Source: Octopus bimaculoides
Lineage: Eukaryota
DNA: 64,000 bases
Reading direction: 5' to 3'
NCBI RefSeq assembly: GCF_001194135.2
Contig: NC_068983.1
Location: forward strand, 14,763,806-14,827,805
Below the pieces are notes generated by a model. The model worked only from the letters and a program-made list of their open reading frames with translations, was not told the origin of the DNA and did not search any database. This document shows, in pieces, positions 41,344 through 55,095 of this stretch. The first letter of the stretch is position 1. Each line of letters opens with the position of its first letter. Made by a program: the position numbers and the translations under genes.

Positions 41344-41562
41344 CCCACAAGGGGCTAAACATAGAGGGGACAAACAAGGACAGACAGAGGGATTAAGCCG
41401 ATTACATCGACCCCAGTGCGTAACTGGTACATAATTTATCGATCCCGAAAGGATGAAAGGCAAAGTCGACCTCGGTGGAAATTGAACTCAGAACGTAACG
41501 GCAGACGAAATACCGCTAAGCATTTCGCCAGGCGTGGTAACATTTCTGCCAGCTCGCCGCCT
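41344..41562 (-). mobile_element. SINE family B (long-tail type)
   Basis: Minus-strand head GGCGGCGAGCTGGCAGAA, B-box GAGTTCAATTTC, core GCCTTTCATCCTTTCGGGATCGATAAATTA, tail ..TAGCCCCTTGTGGG. Confidence 0.9.
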
Positions 41563-41849
41563 TTGAGTTAACATACTCATACATATAGTAGTTGTTGAAC
41601 CGGTCATCTATTTCTACCTTACCCGTTTATCAAATGATGGCGGGATTTTGACATGATATAACCTATAAAAAGCATCAATAAAACGCTGCTGAAACAGCTG
41701 TTGTAAATTTTAAGACCTACTTGTGTTCTTTTCTTATGCATATAAACATACATATGTACATTCATACATACATGACTATTCCCCACTCATGGCTGCTGAA
41801 GTGTCTCCATTTAGCAAAATACGTGCCACGTAAATTGCTATAATTGAGA

Positions 41850-42947
41850 GGTTCACAAAGACCTGAGTCACTTAGAACAGAGTAAGTAACGGCCGCCCCC
41901 AATGCTATAAATATATCAAAGGGAATATTACAAGAAGATATGTCTCTGTGCTTCTATTCATTTTGGCGCTAAACCCATTATCATTCATGTTAAAAATTAC
42001 AAATGCTAGGGTCTGCAACTGTTAGAGATATTCATCTATCCCATAATTTCTTTGTGGATGACATTAAGAATTATGCTAAAAATATTATCAATGTCAAAAA
42101 ACAACTGGAATTTATTACATTTTCAGCTGACATATGAATGGAATTTGGCCAGTAGAAATGTTTTTATTCAATTCTCTCAGACACAAAACCTGTGTATCAA
42201 TAGTCTCATATCTCTCCTGTCCCACACAAAGATTCTACAATTACCTTGGTATTGATGAAAATATTTCATACCAAGGTACTGTGAATAAAGATAGAGTGCT
42301 CCAAGAATATTATACCAGACTAATAAAAACATGGCAGTCTGAACTCTACTATTACAACATGGCAATATTCCACAATGCATTTGCAATACCAGTGTTGATT
42401 CTAACATGTGGCGTACTTGACCGGTCGGTAGAAGAAATCCAGTCTATGGACATTAAAACCCGCAACATTCTAACATCATGTCGCATAGGGAGGTAGTATC
42501 TTGATGACATTTTTGGGAAGCTGCTAATCACATGCGTCTTACACAAAAATGACATAATCTACATTTGCGGTTGGATCTTGGAACTTCAAGTGCATCAATC
42601 TCTTCTGTTGATTAGGTATTTAGTAGCAACTTCCTGTTCTTGGATGGCAAATGCATAGCCTTCGAAGTGAACTCTAACTATAAATCTCAGAAATAGACAT
42701 GGACTTCTATGAAGACGAAAGAGCAGCAACCTGCCATGGAAAGATCTATGCTGTAAAAACCGTTGCAGAAGATTATTCAAAACGAGATAAGTTTACAAGA
42801 GAGTGGAATAAACGATGTGTTTACGGAATGCCAAAATCACAAGGTTCACATAGCACACAGACAAGAGGCACATACCTTTGTCGACGGATATCCAAGAAAA
42901 AAGAACTCTGATGAGTGGTCTCCGACAGAAGATGACGTGAAGATAAT
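41850..42947 (+). pseudogene. R4/Dong-like (RLE-type) non-LTR retrotransposon relic with an internal inversion
   Basis: Plus strand: KGILQED, LALNPLS, HNFFVDDIKNYAK, YNYLGIDE..TRNILTS. Minus strand 42475-42670: EGYAFAIQEQEVATKYL..KCRLC..HVISSFPKMSSRYYLPMRHD. Confidence 0.8.
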
Positions 42948-42950
42948 ATA

Positions 42951-43660
42951 CGAGGGGATACACAAAAGAAACTGAAATCTTCCAATGTTATTTTATTCAC
43001 TTAGTTTTACATATTTACACTTTTATCACCTTCAAAGTATTTTTCATTTGAAGCAATAATCGGTTCATACACGTTTAAAGCATTTCTAGAACTCCTGCGA
43101 AGTGATACCTTTTAACGCCCCTGTTGCTCTTTTCTTAATCTCTTCCACATCTGCAAATTTCGTAGCACCAGGTTTCGTCACAAGTGATGACCTTCGAAAA
43201 ATGGTCCGGACCATCTTTCAACTGTTTTTATAGTTCACGACGCGCATTCTGTAGTGACTGGTTTTGATCTTCTGTGCGAGCAAGCGAGGCACAAATTTTG
43301 CTACAACTCTTTTCATTCACAATTCCTTGCTGAAAATTCGTTGACAGAAGCACCAGGACAAGTTCGATAATTCTTCGGTGACGGTGTTCCAAGATCAGTT
43401 CATGAATTTTCGTGATGGTTTCATTCGTACAGGAGATCGATGGTTGTCCTGAACGAGGTTTGTCTTCATGCGACAAGCGTCCATTCCTAAAGCGTGAAAA
43501 CCACTCATAAACTTGTGTTTTGCGCATGGCAGCATACTTATAAGCTGTCTGAAGAAGGACAACTGTTTCATCCACGTTTTCCCCAGCAGAAAACAGAATT
43601 GCACGGAAGCCTGCTGTTCTCTCGTTTCAGCCATCGCAAAAATAGACCAACAGGTCCTTT
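42951..43660 (-). mobile_element. mariner deletion derivative (one TIR; N-terminus fused to C-terminus)
   Basis: TA-CGAGGGGATACACAAAAG end; QQASVQFCFLLGK..VYEWFSRFRNG..DKPRSGQP; KVITCDETWC joined directly to KFADVEEIKKK. Confidence 0.82.
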
Positions 43661-43675
43661 AAAAGGGCGCATTAT

Positions 43676-43831
<156 letters not shown>

Positions 43832-44449
43832 CATATTATACATATAGCTATATATACATATGTGTCTCTGTGTGTGTGCGTGCATGTTGCACTGTAACTT
43901 AGTCTTGACTATCCCATCATGTATTTTAGGCATAAATAAGATGCCCCAATGCAACATATTCCAATTTGCGCAATCTATCTTGAATTATATGACATTTACG
44001 CTGAGACGAATTAAACACTTACCATTGAAAGTTATTTTACATCCACAAATCACGGAGGAAACCGTTACATGTTTGTTCGATTTACAAGAGATAACATCCA
44101 AATCGTTCTCAGATTGTATCCTAGAAACCCAAACATCATTAAATAAAATTAGTCGCTATAAATGATTCCTAGAGAAGGAATTTTATGATGACGTGTGATT
44201 TTAAAATTGATAAATCAGTGTCGATAAAGTGCTAAGCAAGTATATCCTTATATTTAAACGAACCAAATATTAAGTCACATGTTCGCACAACCATTAAGAA
44301 AATGGATACAAAAACAATTTGTAGTTCTAGATACAATATCCTTTCAAATAATACAAAACTCTTACAGTTTGAATATCTTTCATCATAAAAAGAGCTAATT
44401 TGGTAATAAACAACAGCAAGAAGTATGTTCAGAACGCATTAACTAAGGT

Positions 44450-45300
44450 TTTAATGACGTATCCAAGTAAATATCGTTAGCATTGTTTGTGTACGACGTT
44501 TGTCACAAATATCTAAGATCGTGAATTTATTCATTGTTTGATCTGGACGAAAGGGTTGTGTCCATGTCTTGGAAAGGTACCAAATACCATGTACTTCGAC
44601 GTAGTTAAGGTTTCTTTTAAACAGCTATTAATCGGCGGCTGTTAGAAATAAATACATGGGAAAGGAAGGACTTCTAGAGACCCCATCTTCCAAGGATGAA
44701 AGCTTGGTTGTAGAGGTTAATTCAAAGCCTGGGTGTGGACTCAGTAGGCATGAGGATAATTAGAGACACGTCTTAGATTCTCAGTAGAGTTGACATTCCA
44801 TTAGCCATCCTTACGGAAAACAAACCATTTTAGTAACAGTAGCAAAGTCAAATATTGAATCTAGTCACTATGTATAAATATATACATTCACATTATAATT
44901 AGTCTGTAGGTTAGAGTTTAGGGTTTGATGGAGCGAGCGACTTAAATGCGGGGACCTGTTATGATGATGTCCATGATGTCGTTGTATGTAGTATCAACCT
45001 CATCGCAGATGTAATAACATTGCTCAGTTGTATGCATCACCTGATTTATCTGTATAGTTAATAATTTCTAGGGTCTGAATTAAGCATTTAGTGACCAGTT
45101 TTTCTGGTGCAGTCCTTATTGATGGTTCTAGCTGTGCCTTGTTCGTGTTTATGGTAGGTACGATGTTATATTGTTCACATAGGGGGTTATTAGTAACGCT
45201 GACATTGTGCTGTTAAATTAGACAAGACGAGCATAACAAAATTGGGTTGGGAGATATGTTATTTAAATGGGTGATATATCCTTGACAAAATTAAGGAAAG
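44450..45300 (-). pseudogene. possible heavily degraded CR1/L2-type RT relic
   Basis: Weak motif echoes only (GSLEVLPFPCIY, KYMVFG, HDLRYL). Confidence 0.3.
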
Positions 45301-45639
45301 AGTGTGTGACTCATTTACGAAGAAAATTGTTAATATTTATTGATTGATTTTCAGTATATGTTGATAGAGTACTGAACGTATAAGGCTTGGGTTAGAGTGT
45401 CCATAATATGTGTGTGCAAATTATGATAAATTATGATAGATTATCAGTAATACTACTAAGCATAGCATTAATCATACCACTGTACAGGAAACAAATTAGC
45501 GTTCATAAATCTAACAATACCCACTTATACCATTTATACACACAAATACACACATGCATATTGATAGATAGATAAATCGATAGATAGACAGAAGATATAC
45601 AGATAAATAAACAGACAGACAATAGACAGATTGATAAAG

Positions 45640-45672
<33 letters not shown>

Positions 45673-46494
45673 TGTATATATAAGAGAAACGGAAATCTCC
45701 AACAACCATTTACATCAACCAACATCGAAATATTGTACGTTCTAAGTTAGTGTGTAAAATGCATATATAAAATCGTATAATGGTAAAGGAGATCTCCTTT
45801 AGTAGATGTTTTTAGAAATGCTATAAATGAATACAAATTCTGTAAAAAATAATTTGTTTCCATATTTCGTGGCCAAACTGAAAGCAAAATAGGAAAATAG
45901 ATTAAAGCGAAAATTCGGGAGTTCGATGTATTGGTTGAACAATTTCTATACAGCGTATGGATATGCAGTGTAAGGTGAGAATTAGTAGACTTGGCGCCAA
46001 TGTAAGCGACAATAAAAAAAGAATAAGTTATACCGTTGGCATAATGTATGAATTGCATTTAATTAATGGTAAAACAATTAAAATAACCACAGAAACGACA
46101 AAGAATTATTAGGATGCACACGGGATTACAAAATAATTAGTTTGGCCGAGAGGTGATGATGAATCTATCATCAAAAAATTTAATGGAATGTAAGATACTT
46201 ATGCAGTGTTATATAGTCTACAACACAAGGGATTTATCTATAGAATGATGAGATTCATATGGCTGATCAGAGATGCATTTCCATAAAGAGATTAGAGAAC
46301 GCCAGCAGATATAAAATCTGCACTGACTGAATTAATGCTACAGAAGCGAGATGAGTAGAAGTTGAACGATGATGTATAATTATCTCGTATTTTCGGGTAA
46401 ATTAAGCTGTTAGCGAAGCAAGAAATTGAATGATCAAGGTTGTGGTTATGGAAGAGAGTGAGGTGTTTAGAAAGAGAGAGAAATAGATTGAGAT

Positions 46495-46535
<41 letters not shown>

Positions 46536-47351
46536 NNNNNNNNNNNNNNNNNNNNNNNNNNNNNNNNNNNNNNNNNNNNNNNNNNNNNNNNNNNNNNNNN
46601 NNNNNNNNNNNNNNNNNNNNNNNNNNNNNNNNNNNNNNNNNNNNNNNNNNNNNNNNNNNNNNNNNNNNNNNNNNNNNNNNNNNNNNNNNNNNNNNNNNNN
46701 NNNNNNNNNNNNNNNNNNNNNNNNNNNNNNNNNNNNNNNNNNNNNNNNNNNNNNNNNNNNNNNNNNNNNNNNNNNNNNNNNNNNNNNNNNNNNNNNNNNN
46801 NNNNNNNNNNNNNNNNNNNNNNNNNNNNNNNNNNNNNNNNNNNNNNNNNNNNNNNNNNNNNNNNNNNNNNNNNNNNNNNNNNNNNNNNNNNNNNNNNNNN
46901 NNNNNNNNNNNNNNNNNNNNNNNNNNNNNNNNNNNNNNNNNNNNNNNNNNNNNNNNNNNNNNNNNNNNNNNNNNNNNNNNNNNNNNNNNNNNNNNNNNNN
47001 NNNNNNNNNNNNNNNNNNNNNNNNNNNNNNNNNNNNNNNNNNNNNNNNNNNNNNNNNNNNNNNNNNNNNNNNNNNNNNNNNNNNNNNNNNNNNNNNNNNN
47101 NNNNNNNNNNNNNNNNNNNNNNNNNNNNNNNNNNNNNNNNNNNNNNNNNNNNNNNNNNNNNNNNNNNNNNNNNNNNNNNNNNNNNNNNNNNNNNNNNNNN
47201 NNNNNNNNNNNNNNNNNNNNNNNNNNNNNNNNNNNNNNNNNNNNNNNNNNNNNNNNNNNNNNNNNNNNNNNNNNNNNNNNNNNNNNNNNNNNNNNNNNNN
47301 NNNNNNNNNNNNNNNNNNNNNNNNNNNNNNNNNNNNNNNNNNNNNNNNNNN

Positions 47352-47384
<33 letters not shown>

Positions 47385-48154
47385 ATATATACATATATAT
47401 CTGTCTGTCGCAATAAATTCTGTACCGAACAACACCGCCTAAACAGGAGATAGAGATGTAAATCGCATTAAGCTTCAAAACACAACTTTGATCATGAACT
47501 CTCTCTTGCGTCTTTTGTGTTCCGTTTCCTTTTCCTTTTTCTTCATTTTCTTTTTGCTTTTCCTTTTTACTTTTCTTTTTTTTTATTTTTCCAGTTCTTT
47601 TCTTATTCTGTTTCATTTTCTCTCTTGATTTATTACCGATATCAATCAGCCTCCTATTGTAAATCGTTCAAATAGGAAGTGACTCTTATAATACAACATT
47701 AACAATCATCCTTGATTAGCAGACAGAAAATTTTAACGGGTGAATAGACGTTTAGTTCAAGATTTTAACAGAACCATTGTTAAAGTTACTAACCTGAACA
47801 ATCCTTTCATATGAAACGATCTTACGTTCGCTAGTTAATCGCAATCGCGTTGATATTGCTGTTGTTGCTACTACTGTTAGCGGTTATATTTTTGTTGTTT
47901 TTCTTGTTATTATTTTTGTTGTTGTCCGTTATGCTGTTTACCCCACTATACTTTTGATTTTCTTTTTTTTTTTAATATCAGTAATGATTTGTATATTTGT
48001 TTTTGTTCTTGGTTCTGATTCTCAGTACAAACAATGAACGATTTTTATTTATTTTATTTTATTTCATATGATTTAATTTTATTTACTTTTCAAAGTGGAA
48101 ATTACTTTCAATTTACATCGATACTGTAATCTTTTATTTCTTATTAGTTTACTG

Positions 48155-48372
48155 CCCACAAGGGGCTACACACAGAGGGTACAGACAAGGGCAGACAAAC
48201 GGATTAAGTCGATTATATCGACTCCGAATCGTAACTGGTACTTATTTAATCGACCCCGAAAGTATGAAAGGCAAAGTCTACCTTGGCAGAATTTGAACTC
48301 AGAACGTAGCAGCAGACGAAATACCGTTAAGCATTTCGCCCGGCGTTCTAACGTTTCTGCCAGCTCGCGGCC
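48155..48372 (-). mobile_element. SINE family B (long-tail type)
   Basis: High similarity to 41344-41562. Confidence 0.9.
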
Positions 48373-48479
48373 TTTTATTTCTAATCTTTTATTTCTGGTT
48401 ACTAAAATGTCCAGCTCCTGGTGTAATGTAGATATCAGAAGCTAAGTGGTGGACATCTTGTATTTGGGGGTAATAGTTT

Positions 48480-48637
48480 ACGAGGCGAGAAGTCGCTATT
48501 CATTTTTTCCCCTGGCGGGATTGGAGCAACGTAAAAATGAAATAACTTGCCCAAGGAAACAGTGCACTGTTTAGACCAAAAATTAAACCCAGTACCTGAC
48601 AAGCCTGACACCAGCTGCTTAACCACTATGTCACCGC
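48480..48637 (-). mobile_element. SINE family C fragment
   Basis: GGAGCAACGTAAAAATGAAATAACTTGCCCAAGGAAACA is the reverse complement of the CORE-like segment at about 29050-29085. Confidence 0.6.
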
Positions 48638-49890
48638 TTTCACGCGCTCTTTGTTCATTGTTAAATAAAATGTGTTTTGCATAAATGTTTGACCCCAACA
48701 CCCACTGCTGTATGCTCTTTTGGAAAAGTATCAGCAAATTCGGCGCTAACATACATAATATACTGATCCAAAATATTTTAATTAAACTAAACTACACACG
48801 TAGTAAGGAGAAAAAAAAGTCATGTCTGTTCTTAATTAATTTTAGTTTGAATCTAAATTAAGTTTCCTGACATATCTAGTACCCTTCATCTTCGTCTACC
48901 TTCATCAACTGTAAATCTCCACCACAATTAAGGATCAAAAGCCCAAGAATTCAAGTGACTCGTCCGCAATTGACCTTCAACAGTATAGCACTAATCACGT
49001 ATCTGCCGTGAGTCACTCAGTTTGTGATGCTTACTATAAATTGCAATAACATTTAATACGACAATCGAGAAAGCCGATATGCTTTTCGACATTGACTGGA
49101 TTAGATAAGAAGATATTTTAAGGATAGTGGCATCTGTCAGAAAAATGAGCCCCAGTCCCACGAGGTGTAGGGTCTACTGCAGGGCGCTGCTGAGCACCCT
49201 AATGCTCTAGGATATGTGGCTCATCGCCGATCCCTGTTCATCTTCCGCTGCTTAATCCCACCACCGTTTTTCCATCTTTTCCATCTAGTCTCTGATACAC
49301 GGAATGATCTATATATTATCAGGGAAAAGGCTAAAAGAGCGTAACAAGCTTCAACTTTTTCCTTGACCACAAAGACGAAACCCTCGTCTATAAATGCAAG
49401 TTCATTTTCAGTAATTAATTCATTTTCAAATTATCTCCATGTTCCCTTGAGAATCATAACAATCGCCATTATCCTTGTGATTTCATCTCCAACAAAACGG
49501 ATCAGTGTGCGCGCGTACGTTGGTACACACACACACACGTAGATGTGCATATGTGTGTGTGTGTGTGTACATACGTACACGTACACACACGTACCTACAC
49601 GCACATATGTACGCACACACACACACACATATACATGTATGCACTTATACATATGTGTGTGTATGTGTTGATGGATGTATATATGTATGTGTGTATATAT
49701 AGATACCAGAGTAAGCTCATAAATGTGAAACCAGGTGGAAAAAATACTCCTCGAATACAGTGGTAGAGTAATATGCTTTATTAATAAAGCTGCAAAAACC
49801 ACCAAGGAGTTTTTAAATATGTTTGTATGCATATATACGCTAGGGTGCATATATATACATAAAAGATAAGCTGTGTATATATATCTTCTA

Positions 49891-49962
<72 letters not shown>

Positions 49963-50239
49963 ATATCAAGGTAAGAAAAATATATTAGAAATATTCTTTT
50001 ACTACAAGTGTCCTAGCGTGTAGAAAAATTAGTCAACAGACTATATATTATTCATAACCCCAATGGTGGATTGGATTTTGGCTATTCCTTCTAGCGTGCC
50101 AGGTATCCTATGATGGTTACCTCTTATGTGTTTGAATGTACACTGTATTTATATATATATGTATATATGTACACCATAACGTATATACGCGTACAGACAT
50201 ATTTAAAAACTCTCTGGGGTTATTGTATATAAATACACA

Positions 50240-50751
50240 CAGGGTATCCCCCCAAAATTTGATATAAGTTGAAATGTAAATGTCTGAGTAACTACATGTC
50301 CTAGGCAAACGAAATTAAACAGGCTTCATGTTGAACAATTCAAAATTTATTCATCTAGATTTTATGAGCGATTTCACAAAGCTTCACAAATGTGCCCACC
50401 GCCTGTGACTCGACGCACACCAAGTCGGTCGCCGAGCTCCTGCCAGACTCGCTGTAGCATGTCTTGCATAAAGTTCTCCAGCACCTTAGGGATTCTCAGC
50501 TTGAATTCGTCTAGCTCTGTAGGAAGAAGTGGGATATAGAACAGTTCTTTCACGTGGCCCCATAGAAAAACATTCACAAGGTCTCAAGTCAGGTGGACGT
50601 GGTGGCCACTTCATGAGCACATTGGGATTATCACTGGCATACCCATTCCAAATTTTGGTGTTACACATTTCTTTAAAATTTGAGATTATTTGAGTGAGAA
50701 ATAGCAATGTTATAAGATACTAAAAGGATATCAATTTTTTGGAACACACTG
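50240..50751 (-). mobile_element. Tc1/mariner-superfamily deletion derivative retaining the transposase C-terminus
   Basis: Imperfect TIRs CAGGGTATCCCCCCAAAATTTGATA / TATCAATTTTTTGGAACACACTG-TA; WPPRPPDLRPC..FLWGHVKE..DMLQRVWQEL..RRVTGGGHI. Confidence 0.8.
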
Positions 50752-50852
50752 TACATACATACATACATACATACATACGTACATACATACATAAATACAC
50801 ATACATACATATATGTATATATATGTGTGTGTATATATATATATATATAATC

Positions 50853-50889
<37 letters not shown>

Positions 50890-50912
50890 TGTATAATTAT
50901 TCATACAGATAC

Positions 50913-50953
<41 letters not shown>

Positions 50954-51221
50954 TANNNNNNNNNNNNNNNNNNNNNNNNNNNNNNNNNNNNNNNNNNNNN
51001 NNNNNNNNNNNNNNNNNNNNNNNNNNNNNNNNNNNNNNNNNNNNNNNNNNNNNNNNNNNNNNNNNNNNNNNNNNNNNNNNNNNNNNNNNNNNNNNNNNNN
51101 NNNNNNNNNNNNNNNNNNNNNNNNNNNNNNNNNNNNNNNNNNNNNNNNNNNNNNNNNNNNNNNNNNNNNNNNNNNNNNNNTATATATTTATATATATATA
51201 TATATATAAATATATATATAT

Positions 51222-51256
<35 letters not shown>

Positions 51257-51951
51257 GACGCGCATTCACATAACCACACGCACATACACACTTATACACA
51301 TGTCACACATACATATAGGATTGATTGAATCTATTAATTCTCCTTCAAATCGTATTTTTCGCTTTGTACACCACCTACAATGTAAATTATTCATTATCAT
51401 ATTCTATTTCGTTTTGCATCAAATACATGGAACGAGAAAGAAATTAATGCACAGCTAATAATGTTGAGCTGACATTCATTAATAATTAGCCGAGTGAAAG
51501 CGTTAAATAATTCTGATCCAAATGTTGCGTAATATTTTGAAAGATTGGAATATTCTAATCAATTGTATCACGCACGGGTGTCACCGCTAAAATATCTGTT
51601 CAGAAGCTTTATAACTTAAATGTTAGACACGGAAAGCAGCGTATTGCTTACATTGTTGATATATTCAAATCAAGCAATGCAATACAGTACATATTTCTGA
51701 TCTGTGTATATTGTATATTCAATAACATTCTTTCATTATTAATGGCAGTAATTATCACAAAACATGTAACGAGTTGTTGTCATGAGAATCATGAATATGT
51801 CCATCCTCTGCTATTATATCACTTGCAGTGTTCTTTGTATACCTGGTATCTTTTGTTCGATGGAAACCACATATTCAAATCAGTAAAAACAATATCAGCT
51901 ACATCTCACTCGAATTTGAACAAAAGAAAGAGCATTATACCTATAAAAATT

Positions 51952-52430
51952 AAGCGGTGAGCTGATAGAATCTTTAGCACGCCGGACAAAATGCTTGGCA
52001 AGCATTTCGTCCGTTTTCACGTTCTGAGTTCAAATTCCTCCGAGGTCAACTTTGCCGTGGCGTAGCAGTGGCTGTGTGGTAAGTAGCTTGCTTACCAACC
52101 ACATGGTTGCGGGTTCATTCCCACTGCGTGGCACCTTGGGCAAGTGTCTTCTGCTATAGCCTCGGGCCGACCAAAGCATTGTGAGTGGATTTGGTAGACG
52201 GAAACTATATATGTATGTGTTTGTGTGTCTGTGTTTGTCCTCCCAACATCGCTTGACAATCGATGCTGGTGTGTTTACGTCCCCGTAAATTAGCGGTTCG
52301 GCAAAACAGACCGATAGAATTAGTACTAGGCATCCCAAGAATAAGTCCGGGGGTCGATTTGCTCGACTAAAGGTGGTGCTCCACCATGGCCGCGGTGAAA
52401 TGACTGAAACAAGTAAAAGAGTAAAAGAGT
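51952..52430 (+). mobile_element. SINE B 5' part (51952-52056) directly followed by a full SINE A (52059-52430)
   Basis: B head ends at GAGGTCAACTTTGCC; A head GGCGTAGCAGTGGCTGTGTGG follows; tandem tail GTAAAAGA x2. Confidence 0.88.
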
Positions 52431-52547
52431 GTGGGATAGTCACGGGTGGAACGGCTGCAATCAAAGTTCTCTTCAATGAGGGAAGAATAGGAGCTAAACT
52501 CCAACGACAGATATATACAATAAGGGAGACTTAATGTTATAGATGAA

Positions 52548-52773
52548 CTTACTCTTTTACTATTTTACTTGTTCCAGTCATTTGACTGCGGCCATGCTGG
52601 AGAACCACCTTTAGTCGAGCAAACCGACCCCGGGAAAAGAGACCTATAGAATAAGTACTAGGCTTACAAAGAATAAGTCCTGGTGTCGATTTGCTCGATT
52701 AAAGGCGGTGCTCCAGCATGGCCGCAGTCAAATGATTGAAACAAGTAACAGAGTAAAAGTGTAAAAGAGTAAG
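52548..52773. repeat. palindrome made of two SINE A 3' ends, tails outward
   Basis: Left 52548-52635 is a minus-strand tail, right 52636-52773 a plus-strand tail; termini CTTACTCTTTTAC / GTAAAAGAGTAAG are exact complements. Confidence 0.88.
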
Positions 52774-53640
52774 AATATGTATACCACTCGCTAAATATCA
52801 GTAACTGAAATCCGGAGAGAAACATGGCAAGATGACTCAATTATATCAAATGCAGGATTGATTTCAGAGTGTTTCCTCTTAGACACTTCCAGACATTGCA
52901 TTCCTAAAAGTTAGTAGGAATTTAAAAGGAGCATACTTGATATTTGCACACAATTCATTGGGTAGCCACTGACGCTCATGTTTTCTTCTGCCCTTTAAGG
53001 TGTCTCGTTTTTTATCCTGCAGGATGTGCAAAAAGTCAGCCACTTCACCAAACTGGCCAGGTGAAGTTGACAGTTTGGTTACCGACGACCCGACACTGCA
53101 GTAGTTTGCACTGGATCGCATGTTATCTGCAGCACTTCATAATCAACTGGAATCACATATACACACACATACACACAAATAGACACTCACACACACATAT
53201 CTAAACAACTCACACACGTACATTATATATATGATATACGTGTGTGTGTATTCCAAATGTATTTTGCTGTCTCCAATAAACGAAAAGAAACAAGGATATG
53301 AGTCTTATTATTAATATAAATCTTTATCGATTCGCTTCAACATCGATTATGTGCCGTTTATTATATTTTATCAAGCCTTCTATCACCTCCATTGCTAATG
53401 TAAACCCCATTTCCTTGAACTGTACTCCTATATATTGATATCACTGACCATTTGACTATGTCGCCATGCAATATAACTGGCGATTTTATCAAATACAAAA
53501 GAACTGATAAATTCAGCTCTTTTTATGGCATATAAATATTCAATGTGGATTATCAATATATTATTACATCAATACATTACCAACAATTTTCCTAGAAGAT
53601 ATAGGATCATTTGGATTCCGAGCTCGACATGATTTACACA

Positions 53641-53675
<35 letters not shown>

Positions 53676-53822
53676 CATGTGTGCGTGTGTGTGCCTGTGT
53701 ATTGGCATGTGTATTTGCGCGTGTGCCTGTGTGTATGTATGTATATATATATATATATATATATATGCAGTTTTATACAAATATATAGATAAACATAAAT
53801 TTATATATATATAATATATAAA

Positions 53823-53853
<31 letters not shown>

Positions 53854-54744
53854 TGACAGCATCAGCCTTTTCATAAGAACTCCAATTATAATGATATCTG
53901 TATTGATCGAAAACTATGATGACACGTATATTTTTGCTTTCTTTCTGATGGAGTATGTGACATCAGAGTTGTAAATTATGGTATAACTAAAGAATCCGAA
54001 TGTCATAATACAAAGGAATATCAATCTACTTGAATGAAAACAGCTCGTCAGAACTGCATGTCGTTGAAAAAGAAGAAATGGATAAATTATAGAAAAGCTG
54101 TATCTAAAACATCAATAGCACAATGCTTGTTACAAATGATAATGATGGAAAATCTGAATTTGATTTTCCTTGTTATTAAATCATATCGACAAATGAATGC
54201 AAGAAAAGAAATGGTCTGAAAAAGATGCTACTTAGTCAAAAGACTCATTTTCCTAAAGAGAAAATAAAACTAAACAAAACAACAAAATTTATTGAAGGGG
54301 TGCAATTTTGCAGGAGAATAAAATATAATAAACAATTCGCCCGATGTCTTTCTTACAAAAACAAATGAAAAATCTTGTAATGGAGGTATCAGTACCGAAA
54401 GGTAATAATAAAACAATGTTCAAGCATGAATATTTGTGTGGACTAATTAGAATAATTATGCAAAAAGCAATTTCGTTGCATTTTTTCGTAACTGATTAGT
54501 TAGGGTCTCAAGTTTGAAGAGAATGATATAGTCGTTTATATAATCCCTCACTACTGAAACTGGTATTTTGGTTTAGCGACTCCGGGTGGTTGAGAGACAA
54601 GTTGACCTCGTGAGAATTAGAATGTAAATAAACAGTTCTTACGATTCTTCACATCTACTGATTTTCTGAAGCCATCGCTAGGTCAGTATGTTTCACTCGA
54701 TTAGGTCAGCGAGGTCTATATTAACATTTGCTTACGCAAGCCTT

Positions 54745-55095
54745 CCACTCTCAATACAGTCACATTGAGCGGGATTCAGCTATCATGCTTGCTTTCTTCA
54801 GTCGTCTGTGTCCCAGATGAATCATATGTAGGTAATAGGGCACTGATCTAGCTGGAAATCGGCGGCAACTAACTTCAACAGAGAATGCAGCCGCCTGCCA
54901 TGTCTTGACACGTGCCTCGTCGACTAAGTCCTCATTTTTATTTTTCTTTAGCTGGTGAGAAATGTCATGTCGGCCCTCCGAGGCTAGTGTAAGTTCTACG
55001 ACGATGAGTATCTTTGTACTCCTGGAGAGCAGGAACACGGTTGGTCAGAGTGATATTGCCGCTACATCCTCTGGGAACACGAGTCTACTCTCCAG
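54745..55095 (-). pseudogene. restriction-like endonuclease C-terminus of a HERO/NeSL-type non-LTR retrotransposon
   Basis: LVFPEDVAAISL*PTVFLLSRSTKILIVVELT..HQLKKNKNEDLVDEARVKTWQAAAFSVEVSCRRFPARSV resembles RPD..ELTxPWE..KY..VEVGCRGF. Confidence 0.7.

Noticed and set aside
46244-46332. Possible C/D snoRNA (ATGATGA..CTGA)
   Set aside because: No terminal stem and no guide complementarity that I could identify.
53023-53060. 38-nt candidate exon after a strong acceptor (TTTTATCCTGCAG|..CAG|GTGAAG)
   Set aside because: Weak donor, unrecognised peptide, no partner exon.
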